Source: Bugula neritina (Eukaryota > Animalia > Bryozoa). Taken from it: DNA of 64,000 nucleotides. This document shows positions 12,561 to 26,863 of this stretch, in pieces. Every line of letters starts with the position of its first letter. Within the stretch, counting starts at the first letter, position 1. The translations under genes were made by a program, and so were the position numbers. The stretch lies in assembly GCA_964035545.1 (NCBI GenBank), contig OZ037767.1:15070998-15134997 (forward strand), written 5' to 3'. The notes beneath the pieces were generated by a model that worked only from the letters and a program-made list of their open reading frames with translations, did not search any database and was not told the DNA's origin.

Positions 12561-14952
12561 CTGTAAGAAGTCAAGAACTGAAGAGATCTCCCAGAAGACC
12601 TCCATTATATATAGGTACTGATCACCTCAATAGGGCAATTATCTCTTGAAGTCAAATCTCTAAGAACTCAATCACAACACCAGAACCAGTAATTAGAGGT
12701 ACTCAGAGCAACAAAGAAAACTCATCTCTCAGGCTGGTAAGATTAAGAAAGTGTTACAAACACCAGAACCTGTAATTAGGGGTATCAAAAGAAGCTCATC
12801 TGAAGAAAGAGTTACAAAGTTGCTTGAAGTAATAACACACTATTGAGAGCACTGGGTTTTGGGGTAATTTAGTAATTGTGATGACATTACAAGTAGACAA
12901 ACCTTTTCCCCAACACTTTTTGACTTGAGTTTTACTTTTATTTTAGCTGATCTAACAAATATTTGCTTTTCCTCTAAAGATATTTTTATGAAATGTATAT
13001 TTTTGCTGAAGCCTGCTATAATGTTTTATCTGATAATCGGTTTTTGCATAGTATAAAATAACTTTTATATACCAACTAGATTTTTCAAATACATATATCT
13101 TAATAAATGTTATATAACCTTTTAAAACTTCATAAATATAATCATAATTAACTAGTCATTATGGTTACTAGAGTTTGTTAGAGTTATATGAATTTTACAA
13201 ATATCTCATTGATCAGATGAAAACATTTATATAACCAAAACCAAAGCATTGACTTATAAAAAAAATACTGAGTCTCAGCTGTTCTCGAGCCAACACAAAA
13301 GTAAATTATTGACTCGTAAAAGTTTTGGTTAAGACTTGGAATAAGCTTTTATAGTAATATAAAATTAAAAAGGTAACTAAAAATTTCAACAGCTGAATAT
13401 TATTTAACAGATTAATTGAAAAAGCAAGCAAAGTGTTTTTAGAGTTCTTTGCAAGTTGTTTATGGTGTCTTACCCTGAGCTACTATCTCTAAATAAACTA
13501 CAACATTTATAACAGAAGAGAACACAACAATAATGGTTATAACATTTACATAGGGCTAAATTGTAAAAAGCCCAAAATAATAACTATTTTATATTTTGTA
13601 TGCTTAAAACTAAAACAAAGCAATTTTAGGCCAGTTTATTTTTATTCCTTTTATATATAAAATTTTGCACATTGTTCACTTTTGTATAGTTCAAATAGTG
13701 TATAATATTATACTATTTTCTTTGCCTGTTTTCTTCCTTTTGTAGACATTTTACTTATTTTGGCATTTGCCAAAGTTTTTCAAATTTAAGGGTGCTTGGT
13801 GCAGATCTTTCCACAGTGTCATCCCAGATAGACGCTTCCCACATGAAGGCATCCCACTCAGACAATATATTTACTTATTTTAGTACAATATAATTATGTG
13901 TATTTTATGTATTATTATTTGAATATTATTAAAATATAGATATATTTAACTAAATTTGGCTCAATTGCTTGCTATTTAGCACATAAATAATATTCTCTCA
14001 TCTGAATTAGCTTATTAATTTTGCATTTTCTCTACTTCTTGAGATTGTTTGAAAAAATAACATTTCAATAAGAAGTATTCATTAAAGACAATGTCTATTG
14101 CATGTAATGTATTCATGCAGTTTTCAATTTTGTGAAAATTGGAATACTATCCCATATAATATTAATAATTATTAACTGTTATCTCGAGCTTAGCAATCAA
14201 TACAACAGCTATATATGTATATATAGGTATATTATTATAAGTTATATATTGCACCAAAATATAGAAATAGCTTCTTACTGGGAAGCCTCCAAGTGGGAAA
14301 AGTTTAAGTGTGAAACGTCCACATCTGAGATGAAACCCTTTCAGATAAATAGAATGCAAGGGTTCAGCAACTAATCTAGTTTAATCTCAAAGGAGATAAA
14401 GTTTTAGCATTAATTATCTTGTATACTATAACTATTATGTGATAAGATCTTTTTTCAAAAGACTTTCTGTACCAGCGAAAAAGCTGTATAATTGCTGACC
14501 AATCAGAGAGGATTAAAATTTGAGAAACTCAGATAGCTAAAAATCAAAGGCTGTAGTTAAAGAATTACATAATAGAGTAGCTGTCATACAGTAAGTTTTG
14601 GGTTCATACTTGTGAGCTCAACATAAATAATTGTTTCTCATTCAAACGAAAAGTAGGTTTATAAGGAGCAGTCTGAGGTGCATAGGTTTACTTCAACATT
14701 CAAAGAATTATAGCCTACATACAGAAGTAGTTGACTCTATTTCTGTTTCTCCAAATAGTAATACGATACTGCATCAGACTTGTTGAGCAGCTCTGCTTGA
14801 GACAAACTGTTACTTTAGTTATTAAACCACTAGATACAAATTAATGCAGATAAAATATACCGGTTGTGTGCTTTGATTAGTTCTACTCTAAAATGGCAGG
14901 ATATGAAATTTCCTCTGATCAGAGTGTTTTATACATGCTTTAATATCGAAAA

Positions 14953-15255
14953 CAGGGGTGTCCAACCTTTTCAGATTGAGGGGCACTGAAAGAGAATATT
15001 CCGATGGCAAGTGTTACATTTTAAACTTTAGTTTGAGCTGGGGGCCACAGCATCAGCAAATTTCAAAATAATTTATTCTAAATTCTTATGAATCATTACA
15101 TAATTAAGTCATAATTTGTTACAATATGTATACAAATAAGATATTTAAACGGTGGCTTGTTACTCTAACTCATAGGTGTGTAAAAAATAATTTTATTTGT
15201 TGTGCCTCCACGGGCCGCATAAATGGTTTGAAAATATTTTGGGATTACACCAGTT
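14953..15255. mobile_element. Possible degenerate hAT-type MITE
   Basis: Starts CAGGGGTGTCCAACCTTT (hAT/Charlie-like terminus) with internal GGGCCAC/GGGCCGCA motifs. Right end eroded; no TSD found. Confidence 0.4.
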
Positions 15256-16091
15256 CTAAGCACCAACTTGCCTATTTTTATGAATAATTTAATAACCACT
15301 AATAATCGCAGATGTATATTTTAACTTATAAGTGAAATTAAGTTTCTATCAATTCACTCCAACAGATACAAATATAATTGAATTTACAGCATGCACTAGA
15401 TTACTAGCAAAATTTAGCAAATTTCAGGTATAAAATCATTCAGTATTTTAACAAACCTCTTTTATATTATGATTTATTTTATAAACAGTAACTATTACTA
15501 CACAGGTTAGACTGCGTATAAGGTCTTGGAAGACTCCACGTTCATAATATTTTACCTATAACTTAGAATAACTAGTATGAGCAGCAAGATTTAAGGCACA
15601 CAAAAGTGGACTCTTAAACTAAAGGAGTTGTGTTTTCATGACTTTACAACATAGATGGAAACTTTGCATGAGAAGAGAGAACAACTCCCAGTTACAAACT
15701 ATGAATCAGTTTTCAGCATGTCTTGCATAAGAAGTGTAACTCTACATGTACATACTTATTATAGACACTGTTTATTTTATATGCAAAGACCAGGCATTTC
15801 TTTACATATTTGTATATAATAAACATATACAATGTGACTAGCAAAAGCACTGTCCGAACAAATAATAAAATATGTTATAGTATAAACATAAGTCCATTAT
15901 TGAAAAATAAACAAAGATAAAAAGTACAATTTGAAAAAAAAACATTCAACAAGATATAATATAGACTAGCAGTATATTATCAAATTTTAATATTAAGCTT
16001 TTGCAAAATAAAGAAAATATTAAGAATAAATGTTGAATATGATGTAAATGGTAAAAACCAAGGCAGATGTCAAAGTGAATCTGGAATCCAG

Positions 16092-16506
16092 GATAGAGGA
16101 ATGGCATGACACAGTGACATAGACTAGCAGTTGATAGAGGATGGCATGACACATTGACACACACTAGCAGGTGATGTAGGAATGGTATGACACACTGACA
16201 CACACTAGCAGGTGATGTAGGAATGGTATGACACACTGACACAGACTAGCAGGTGATGTAGGAATGGTATGACACACTGACACACACCAGCAGGTGAGAG
16301 AGGAATGGTATGACACACTGACACACACTACCGGATGATGGAGGAATGGCATGACACAGTGACATAGACTAGCAGGTGAGAGAGGAATGGTATGACACAC
16401 TGATACAGACTAGCAGGTGATGTAGGAATGGTATGACACACCAGCAGGTAAGAGAGAACTGGTATGACACACTGACACACACCAGCAGGTGATAGAGAGG
16501 AATGGT
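16092..16506. repeat. 41-bp minisatellite, ~10 copies
   Basis: Unit CTAGCAGGTGATGTAGGAATGGTATGACACACTGACACACA; successive starts at 16164, 16205, 16246. Confidence 0.95.
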
Positions 16507-16529
16507 AGTATACAAAGTTCAGTTCACAA

Positions 16530-19500
16530 TTAACACATTACAGAGTCACCAACACTGATGAAGCCAGGCTCCCCATCTAGCACCAGATTCATGCCGAACA
16601 TAGGAGAAGATTTATTATACCGCTTCAATAGTCTTGTCCTGTAAACAGCAGGTAAAGTCTTAACACAGGTGAGTATGCCGTAATGTTGTATAGCTGAAGG
16701 CTAGCCCACTCTATGTGTACCCATATAGTAGTCTAAGTTGTTGTGTCTGTCTGTTTGGAGTTGAACAGTTGAATTTGACAATAAGAAATTCGTACTTAAA
16801 AAATTGTTGCAAAGTTTCACATAATTTTAGAATTGTAAATTATGAAAAACATTATTTTTATTTTATGAATCGTTCTTACTTTATTGCAGGCTTTTAGCGA
16901 GTCAATAAAAAACTCTGTTTCATCCACTCCTGCACTTGTTGCTTGCAATTTTTAGTTACATATTAAACATTTATTTTTACACCAAAGTTTAAAAATGCAG
17001 AATAACATGTTTTAGTTGAAATGATATATTGAAGAGCTGTAATATTGAAAGAAGACAACTACAAACTTGTAGAGAGTGTTATATGGCTCTGCCTTGGGAT
17101 TTCTCTCCCCTGTCTGTGGATTTACATTAGGAAAGGAACATCTGCCACACGGTTTTTCACCGAAAAGTTGAACCCCACTGATCTCTATTTCTCTCCATTC
17201 ATCCTTTAAACAGTGAGTATTCAATTGTCAACTGAGATGAGTATGTGAACACTCACGGAAGTGTTAATAGTACTAGCAGTACTATTTCAAATATATACTT
17301 TAAATATTATATATATCTCAAATACTACTAACCCTACTACCACTAACACTACTACTACTACTACTAACACTAATACACTACTAGCACTATTAGATTATTA
17401 GTACTGATAGTGCTAGTACCTTTACTATTATTACTAGACTGATAGTACTACTACACCAGCATTTTAAAACCAGTAACACTACTATATTATTAGCACTACT
17501 CCACTACTGATGAAATACAATACTAGTACCACTACAGCACTGATACTATATTAGTACTACTCCACTACTAGTTTTACTATTTCAATAATATACTACTGGG
17601 AACGAGGGTTATATACAAACTAAAACTACCTCTACGTAAGGACCTTGAGTCGATGTGACTAAAATGTTTGGCCGGAAGTTTTCCCAGGTGGCTAAATCTT
17701 TCCCAACATCCTGATTGATTTGGTCGACAGAGCGATCATTACAGAGTAGATACGGATACCCGTCTGAGTACATTGTCTGCGTATAGAAAGATATACTTTT
17801 AGTATTGTGAGTATACCATGATATATACTTGTATGTAAGCTCTCTAACAGTTGCTACATTCTAGCAAATAGATCACTATAGGTGGGGAAGCTAAAGTGTA
17901 ACACATGCAGCAGTGAAATGGTAAGTCAAACGGCATAAAAAATTATTAAGGATAACATAAAATTCAATAGGAATTTTTATATGAAACAACTTAGTATGGC
18001 ATGAAATTATGTTATATTAAATGAAATGAAGTGAAACACCAATATTGATGTAAATCAGTTTAATATAAAACAAAAATGTACCAAATCCAGAGTGAATTGT
18101 AACTATTATTGATAATTCATTAGACATCAATGCCATTAGCATCAGATGCAAGCTGATCAACCAATAAGATAAATGTTATTATTAGAGAACTACTGGAGAA
18201 CCAATCAGGTAAGGGCTAATATTATATAACTATTGAACAACCTATCAGATGAGGGCTAATATTAGGTAAATCAGGACATCAGCTCACTTTAGCATTGCTC
18301 TCTACTGGTCTGCGGTGTCTAGTAAAGGCACTACCATCCAACTTCTCTAGAGGTCTTATAAAACTGTCCATATCAAAGTAGAGGAGTTTCACTGGAGAGT
18401 TCAAGTAGCTGCTGAACCAATCAGAAGCCTCCTTTCCACAATCCAATCCAAACACTTGACTGTCCCACACGCTATAGGAAAATAATGTCTGGTTAATGAA
18501 ACCTGAGCACAGAGCCTAACAGCTGTCTGATTTTAATCTCTTTGCCTGTAGCCTATGCTAAACATAGTATTCAAATGCCGCATGCAATGTGATACTAAAT
18601 GTAGCGCAATATACAAATGTCAATTTAGGAATTGGAAATATTGATGCAAATGCATTATAAATACAGCACATATAATAAAACCAAGCTATTGTCACACATA
18701 GATGTGACAGCAAGTTTTTACCAGCTGCTTGTAATAAGCTTTCAACTGCCGTGAATTAAACACACTGTTTCTAAATTACTGGTGTGTATTTTGATGAAAT
18801 ACTTTCTAATTAACAAAACAGCTGAAGACACCAAAGAAGATATAACCAGTTAATGAGTCAGACCTCCCATCAATGACGACTCCAGACGGCGGAGCTCCAA
18901 GGGGTAGCCTCAGTTCCTCCTTACCGGGAGCCGATATGCACAAATTCTTAGCCTCATCGTCTATACTGGAGGTGACAAGAACTAATTTAGGGTGAGTTCT
19001 GGCAGAGACAAACTTTCCCGTGTCAGCCTCAGCTACCATGTATTGTCTGCAAGTGAAAACAGGCTCGTACGAGTAAAGCAAAGACACTAAGAGTTGAGAC
19101 AATATACTGTATAACTAAGATTATTGAATGGTTCTATAAGCAGCTCCCAGTTGGGGGTGACTGAGTGCAGTAGTTTGCGGTCCTCGAGTTTGGAGTTGAA
19201 GTGTATAAATTGGAACTTGGAACCTACAACACCAAAATCGAGAACTGCAAACTATTTCACTTAGTCACCTCCAACTCAGAGCTGCTTATAGAAGCATTCA
19301 AGATTATTGAGATAAGAACTGAGGGAGATGAATCTCCAGTTCTTTACCTATCTCTTAGCTCCCCAGATACGAGACCGAGTGCGGTGCATTCCGCTGTTGT
19401 AACTTCAATTCCTTTACATGATTTGATTGGATAGATGACAAGTTTCGAGATGACGGCAGACTTCTGCTTGTGTCGAGGTGACCTTGAGAGGAATCTCCAC

Positions 19501-19568
19501 AGTGCAACTGCACTCAGAATACCAACTCCTCCGAGAGCAACCAATTGCCCAGTAGAAAGTCTATTCAT
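16530..19568 (-). CDS. MTARC: Mitochondrial amidoxime-reducing component (mARC, MOSC-domain molybdoenzyme), 6 exons
   Basis: Exons 19568-19348, 19046-18864, 18471-18288, 17776-17630, 17203-17067 and 16638-16530, all GT-AG and phase-compatible. N-terminal TM anchor, IYPIKSCKG, DRQYMV, DCGKEASDWFS, YSDGYP, FRPNILV, Moco-ligand CGRC, PMFGMN and ISVGD. Confidence 0.93.
17325..17600. repeat. Degenerate (ACT)n microsatellite in a mARC intron
   Basis: Runs of CTACTA/CACTA. Confidence 0.75.
19126..19299. mobile_element. 174-bp Mutator(MULE)-type MITE in mARC intron 1
   Basis: ~75-bp imperfect TIRs (GAATGGTTCTATAAGCAGCTC... / ...GAGCTGCTTATAGAAGCATTC), G...C termini, and an exact 9-bp TSD AAGATTATT at 19117-19125 and 19300-19308. 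Confidence 0.85.
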
Positions 19569-20691
19569 TTCCAGTTGTGGGTACAACAAGCAGCATCAGA
19601 CCAGTTTAAAAGATATTGAGTTGTATGTAGCTAAAAGTTAAAACGGAATGGTATTGTAACATTGAATTTATATCAATTCTAATTTTCACTAATAGTAATA
19701 GTGTGTGCTAAATATATTGATTAGCCATGTTCTCAGAAAAGCTAGAAGAGTAATAAATATCATAATCTAAATCATAATGAACTTGATTACGTATTGAGTC
19801 TTAGAGTTAGTCTATATTATTATTAACATTATTTAGCTTGACGATTGCAATTAGTAATACATAGTATCAGTATGCCTATGGCAGGTGAGTATGGCTATAG
19901 GCATAGGCATAGCATTTACTGATTTATTTTTAGCTTTACTAAGACTAAAAGTAAGACTTAGACTATGAAAATTGATGTCACTAAAATAAATACTATTAAC
20001 CAATAAGTATTAGTATTATGTGATACTGAAATCATATTTATATTAATATTCAATTTCATATTCATATTATTCAGAATATCAATAAACTATTCAATATGAA
20101 TATCAATATGAAGATTAATTATTTATAATTATGTTCATCATATAAGGGGAAATTGTTATGCGATATTTTACATAAATAAACATTGGAGTCGCTAATTTCT
20201 TGCATCATACTTGGGGAAACTTGCATCATGATATCAATATGATTATAATAATGATGACTATTAGTCACCGTCCTACTGCTACCTGTGCTTGAACTTGTAA
20301 ATATGGACTTTGGAACCTCACTGCTAGCGAAAAGACATTGTTTGAAGAGCTGTGAGTTACTTTTCATGTCTGCCAAAGAAGCGAACGAAATACGAATGAA
20401 TTTACCGATAGTTTAGGGGATTAAAAATAAGTGAATTTGGTAGCGAATAGTGTAGCTTGAAACAGATGCAAAAAGATATCGAGTCATTTTTTGTTTTTTC
20501 TCAACTAACTAAACTACGAGGAAAGACGCCGAGATATAATAATTATAATATATACCTATCCTATGGCTATACCCTAAACTTTTGAGTTGAAGTAGAATTC
20601 TAGATTTCTATTAACCACAAAATTGTGTTCTTTTACTTTTACTAGGAAATTATTTTGTGCAAAAAATAACAGCGAAACATATCTTTTTAAT

Positions 20692-23600
20692 ATGGAAACT
20701 GTGACAGGTTTGTATTTCACCATTAGTATTACATTAGTATTTCACTATTAATATTTGTAAGACTAATACTAATAGTAATAGTAATTGTATATTTTAAATT
20801 ATTTCTTAGTAGTTATAATTTAATTATTTAAATAAATAGTAGTATATGTAATTTTAATTGATATTTATAATAATTCAATAATAAATAATTGAATTATTAG
20901 GTTTAGCTACAATTAGTAGTATTGTACTTAATAAACTGTTGTTTTTTCTCTTATAATTATATTTATTAATTATGTTAATTAATATTAATTCTCTAACTAT
21001 CAACTATATCTATTGATATAAATATTGGTATAACTGTAAGTATTCATATTCATATTGGTGTATTATGACATCAAGTATGTACTAATTATTTTTACAATAA
21101 AATAAAATAATTCATTGAATAAGTTATTTAATATTAGCCTATAGTTATAGCTATCAGTCCAAGTTGCTGTAATCTATTTGTAGTATTTGTGATTATAAGA
21201 ATAATTAAAATATTAATAATAATATCTTTTTGTTGAATGTCAATTTCAGTTTTTTCTATATTCAATGTTTAATATCATAATTATGCTTAAAAATTAAAAT
21301 AACCTTTTACTGGAGTGCTGAAATTTTTGATTTATATCAATATTACTTCCACAGCCACTGTTACAGTTAGACTTGGTGTTACTCTTTTAGTTATACTTAA
21401 TTTTGCATTTGAAAGTTAATTTTACCCTTTAGTTTAAGGTAGTGTTTCACTTTCTGTTGCTGCAAGATTTGGGTGTTATTCTCAAAGTCAATCTTTAGCA
21501 CCTAATGTACTCCTATTCACACACTTTATTAACCTCAATGATGGAAAATAACTGAAAGTTGGTATTGCTTATTGCACTGTGACTGAGTAAATCTAAATTA
21601 CTTTAATTTTCATTGCATATATAATTTTCATTAACCTATTAAGAATTTTTTTTTTAGTTTGAAAGTTTCTGATACTAGGATGAATTTTAACAGTTTAAAT
21701 GTTGTAGTCTATTTTTGTGTTTTCTTGTGTTATATGTCTAGTTTGATTTGATATTTTGTCTCTTGGTTGTGAAGGGATTCGCCAAGTTTCTTAAATTAAA
21801 ATCTAATCCCAGCTTCACAGATAGGAATTATTATTTTAGCTCAAGAAAAGAGTGATAAGTCATCACAACAATCAGCAAAGAAAACGCAGTTTAATGTCAA
21901 CAAAACATCATGTAGTGATCGAGTCAATTCACTCCTCAGGTAGTTTGTAGCTTCTAGCTTTAAAATATGCTCATGACTGATAATCAGTAATTTGGTTCAT
22001 GGATTTTTTCAATTGTTATCCCTGCATAAATCCTAAGCTAATTTATGTTTTACAGGAGTCGTTTTACTTAAATTAGTACACACTCAAAATCTTCAGTTTT
22101 TAGCTATTTTTTACAATTTAGCTGCTAATGTACATAGATTTTTGCTCTAAACTGATAAAAATTTAAAAATACAACATAATGATCAAAATTATTTTTAATT
22201 TTCTTTGATTTTCTATGTTTATTCCTAGTTATTTAGTTAATTTGGATTTGGATTAAAAAACCTTGATGGTCCACAATCCAGATTACCTAAATAATTAGGA
22301 AAAACCATCGGAATTTAAGCAAAATTAAAAAGAACCTTGATTATTTTGTTGTATTCATTGACATTGTATTAGTTTTGGGTAAAAACCCATATACATTAGC
22401 AGCTAAATTGTGAAAAATAGCTAAAAACTGAAGATTTCGAGTGTGTACTAAATTAAGTAAAATGACCCACATTTTGTTTGGGTACTAACCCTAATTTTTG
22501 AAGAATGCTCAACATTCCTTTAATATATCAAAAAAATTAAAAATTTCAACTTGACTGTGTTGATTTTATTTAAGCTGAGATAATTGTTTAAAGTTTAGTT
22601 ATATTTTGTTCATGTAGGTGTATGTTCCGCTCTGTTTTAGGTACCTTCTAGTCAAATCGGTAGACCTGCTGTTGTTTCTCGTGCTGTTTTTATTTGTTCT
22701 CGCTCCCCTGACAGTTAAATTATTTCCGGGAATGGGCAAGCACTTCATATATCTCAATGGCTGTGAGTGATTCTCAAAACAAATTACCAAAACCTTTATA
22801 AAAGTTTCAATAATTATATATCAACCGGTGAATATTTACCAATGAAGTATTTTTAGTATTTAAATTATACCACACACATAACTATCTGTTTTCTAGTTTA
22901 AAGTTGGCTGAGTGATTTGTTTCCAATTATCTGTCTGTGTACTATATTAATTTATTCATTCTTTTTAGTGTCGTTACCCTCATACTTCCAGGATTTGTCT
23001 AACCCTGCTTTATATGGGTTGAATAGCACTAAGAATTTCTACCTCAGCACAGATAAGAATGTAGTTATTGGTGCTTGGTAAGTATGACATGGTTATGATC
23101 TACAATAACAACTTCTATCCGAAGCTTTGAAGCTATTATTTTGTCTTGTTTTATTACTGGTGGTCATGTTGATAATAAATTTTGCCAATTTTTTGTCTCA
23201 AAAAACAAGCTGAAAAAGTACCGATTTTAATGTAATTAGGTTTTTGCTTCAACTGATGTTTACCAAGACTCTAAGCATAATATGTGAAGCCACATTAAAG
23301 AACAATTTCAACATGAGTGGATGTTATCACAGCTGGTGTAGCAACTATTAGACAGTTGGTCCAAATTTCAGACAGTTTTTAGTTATTACAGATGTTGAGT
23401 TTTACTGAATCTATATGCACATTTTTATGCGCAATGCTTCCTTTATAATGACATTAACTCTTGTTACTAATATGCGCCGCTGCAATGTCAATGTTACTAA
23501 CTGCCGTTTTCACTACTGTACCATTGTAATATCAGGCACACTCTACCCAAGCAGCTGGAAGGCGAAGGATACAAACACGAAGAATATGAATCATTATTAG

Positions 23601-26600
23601 CAGGAACTAAGCATCCTATTTTCTTATATTGCCATGGTAACGCTTTCACCAGGTGAATAGCTGCTTTCTATCCTATTTCAGTCTAACTACTAGGAATATA
23701 TGAGCTAGCTGTACTGCTTACAATAGTTCAGCTCACTGTTGTACTATTTTTTACACTAATATGTTTTCATCACAAATCACAAATGTTGTTAGGTCACCTG
23801 ACCCTTAGGATTTCAAACATGTTTGCGCAAGCATGTGAATGTGACATCTTTGCACATCTGTTTTATATTAATATGATATTTGAAACTTAAAGGCCCTTCT
23901 ATAAAGGATTATTTCCAGTGATGCCTCATGACTCATCAATATGTATCCATTTCTTGTTTCCTGTAGATCTACGAGTCACCGAGTTGCTTTGTACAAGCTT
24001 CTGGCCTCCTTGGGCTTCCATGTTATTTCGTTTGATTATAGAGGTAAGTTTGTACTCGTAATATATAACGTGTATATACTTACACTCATAATATATAATA
24101 TATATATACTTACTCTTACTTATACTCATCATATATAACATGTATATACTTACACTCATAATATATAACACGTATATACTTATGCTCAAAATATAGAATT
24201 GGTATGAATGTGTTACAATAAGTTATGAGTTAAAATAATATTATGACTTGGCTAGATTAGATTTTACAGGAGAGCCATGAAGTAAACTAAACTTACATAA
24301 CCGAGTATTAAAGTCTTCCACTACCACAATTCACCATTAGGAAGCTATAGGCTGGCTTTTTTAACCATTACAATGTGTTGTACTCTGTAATAATATATTA
24401 TGTAATATTTAATAACAAAAGTGTTTGAAAACACCATTTAGCATTCAAAAGACTACATTTTTTTCATACAATTAATTTTTTTTGCTGGTGTGCTTATAAT
24501 AATTTAGAGTAAATCTAGTTTCAAACAAGATGGCAGAAGACATTAAGGAAGTTTAGAAACTTTAAATATTTTAGCACAGTTGTGGATGAAACGTTCAAAC
24601 TGATTGCTTTACTTGTTTTTTTGGAGTTGTCTCATTTTATCCCTGCTTGTGGACTAGATAGCCTGTAAATTCTAGTTTATAATCATTTTATGTGCAGGTT
24701 ATGGGGACTCATCTGGCACCCCCACATCTGAAGATGGTTTAGTAACAGATGCAGTTACTTTATATTTATGGCTGAGAGAGAAAGCTGGGTCAGATGTTCC
24801 AATATATGTGTGGGGTCACTCACTGGGCTCTGGGTTGGTACACCGCTAATTGGAGTTGTCATTTCATTTGCTCTAGTTGAAGAAACTACATATATTTAAA
24901 CCTATACACTCTCATCACCAGTTAGCTTATAGAATTGATAAAATTGAGAAATTCTGTTGGAATTTAATTAATTACCTCAAGTTTATAGTTCCCATCCCTG
25001 TGAGAACCTCTGAGGGAAAGTTTTTTCTTGATAAATTGGGCTAAGGACTTATTCGCTACCGTATCTAGGCTAGTGGGCAGGTATTAAATCATAATGTACT
25101 ATTAACATTAACTGCACTATTATATATCTTGTTGAGGTAATTATTTGGGGAGCAGCTGTGGTTTAGGGGGTTGGAGCGTTTGTCTAGTTGACACAAAGTA
25201 ATGAGTTTGAGCCCCATTATAAGCCAGTGGTGATGTTAGGAAGAGCATCTAGTCATACTTTTTCCTGTGCCCCATCTGAATAAATCCTTAGCCCGGTTTA
25301 ACAAAAAACCCTTTCATCAGGGAGTTTCTCACAGATATAGTGACAATAAGCTTGCGTGAGTTTTTTTGTCTATAAATACACTTTATGTCTTCTATAAACA
25401 CACTGGTTTTCTCTAGGGTGGGCACTAAAGCTGTGAGATATCTCAACGAGAAGAAGGAGTATCCAGCTGGACTCATTCTAGAAGCTCCTTTCAACAGCAT
25501 CTACGATGTGGCTCGGAGTAATCCTCTCCTGAAGGTGGTGTCTCGACTCTGGTGGTACGAGGGCGCTCTACAGACTACTATGGAGCTGAACAACATCTAC
25601 TTTAAAACAGATGAAAAGTGAGTAGCTGTTTGGTCCAAGTGTAGAATGACTATGTCAAGGTTGACTCTGTGTGACAGTTTACCTACGGCTGTCTTTCTGG
25701 CCATGATTCAATGTTGAAAGACAGCTCAGCCGCTGCTTTTACGTCTATACAAGTTATGGGGAACTGAAATAAGTATTCCACTTTATCTAGGGAATATTGG
25801 AATCATTGAAATTTTATGATGCTATCAACTGTAAAATGCACTTTAACTGCTGGATTGTTTAGAGCTAAGGCTATTACTAAGAACTATTACTAAGTCGCAC
25901 TTTTATTTTAGCATATGCCACGTTGAGACTCCTGTGCTGATTCTACACGCAGAAGACGATGAAATAGTTCCTGTAGAGTTGGCTTACAAGGTACTGTCAG
26001 TCTACAGTGACACTACAGCCCTTTTAGGGGGAATAACTCCTTATAGAAAATATTTTAATGCTTGCAGCTACCCATTAATTGTGATAACAGATACATGTAT
26101 AGTCTAATGCCAATCTGAAACATTGACAATAAATGTTTTTAATTGTTTTATTGCACTATTAAGAGATCAAATCCCACTAGTTGGTAAACTAAAAGTGTAT
26201 ATCTTGCTGAACCGTGAATATTTAAACCAACTTTTTTTCAACCATTCAGAACAATTGGCTAATTTGCAATGAAATGTAAACTGATATACAAGATTTTTAC
26301 ACTACAATAATTCGGAAAAACATATAAATTGGTGCCCAAAATTGGATGGCCTATTACTGTAGACTATCTACCTGACCATTGAAACATTCTTCACGTGCTA
26401 TTTGGTATATTAACAGTTGTACGAATCCAGTAAGAGGAGACCTCCCACCTTCCCCTCAGTCACTCTGCACGTGTTCCCTTATGAAAGAGGACTGTTACAC
26501 AAATATATATACACAGCTGAAGAACTTCCTTCTCTTATACGGTAAGTGTCACTATTCTAGGAAGTTGGTTTTTGTGTTTGCGGCAAACATTGTTGTTTAC

Positions 26601-26685
26601 TAGCAAGTGTAGGTGAAGTTAGATTTTATTCATTCATTTGTATTGTTTTTTTAGAACTTTCATGGATGATTCTAGAAGAAATTGA
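20692..26685 (+). CDS. ABHD12: ABHD12-like lysophosphatidylserine/monoacylglycerol lipase, 11 exons
   Basis: Exons 20692-20707, 21840-21939, 22641-22762, 22969-23077, 23536-23652, 23967-24043, 24698-24833, 25417-25617, 25912-25990, 26417-26541 and 26655-26685 join in frame. TM helix, PIFLYCHGNAFTR, FDYRGYGDS, nucleophile WGHSLGSG, LILEAPF, LILHAEDD and His in HKYIY. The first two exons are less certain. Confidence 0.92.
22036..22468. mobile_element. Foldback-type MITE, family copy 1
   Basis: Long imperfect inverted arms (GAGTCGTTTTACTTAAATTAGTACACACTC... / ...GAGTGTGTACTAAATTAAGTAAAATGACCC). Related copy at 34581-34977. Confidence 0.8.
24055..24190. repeat. AT-rich ~30-bp intronic minisatellite
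   Basis: Repeated ATATATAAC..GTATATACTTACACTCATA. Confidence 0.7.
25147..25290 (+). mobile_element. Degenerate tRNA-derived SINE in an ABHD12 intron
   Basis: A-box-like TGGTTTAGGGGG and B-box-like GAGTTTGAGCC at tRNA-like spacing, then a TTAGGAAGAGCATCTAG body motif resembling invertebrate SINE cores, then AATAAA. Confidence 0.5.
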
Positions 26686-26863
26686 CAGAACAGACAGACA
26701 AAACAGTTATAATCCTAATATCCCACGAAAGGAACTATTACCTAGCTATAATATAAAAATAGACATTTAATAGACGTTTTTACATGCTTTGATATAAAAT
26801 TAATTTATTTATATTTGTGTATTTAAAAGTTACTTTTTATAAATGTGAAATCATTGAACAATC

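Noticed and set aside
16092-16506. CRISPR-like array or Cys/His-rich ORFs (15946-16400)
   Set aside because: Contiguous 41-bp tandem units without unique spacers, in a eukaryotic context; the ORFs are translations of the repeat.
25147-25220. Functional tRNA gene
   Set aside because: The A/B boxes are degenerate and no full cloverleaf forms; better explained as a SINE head.
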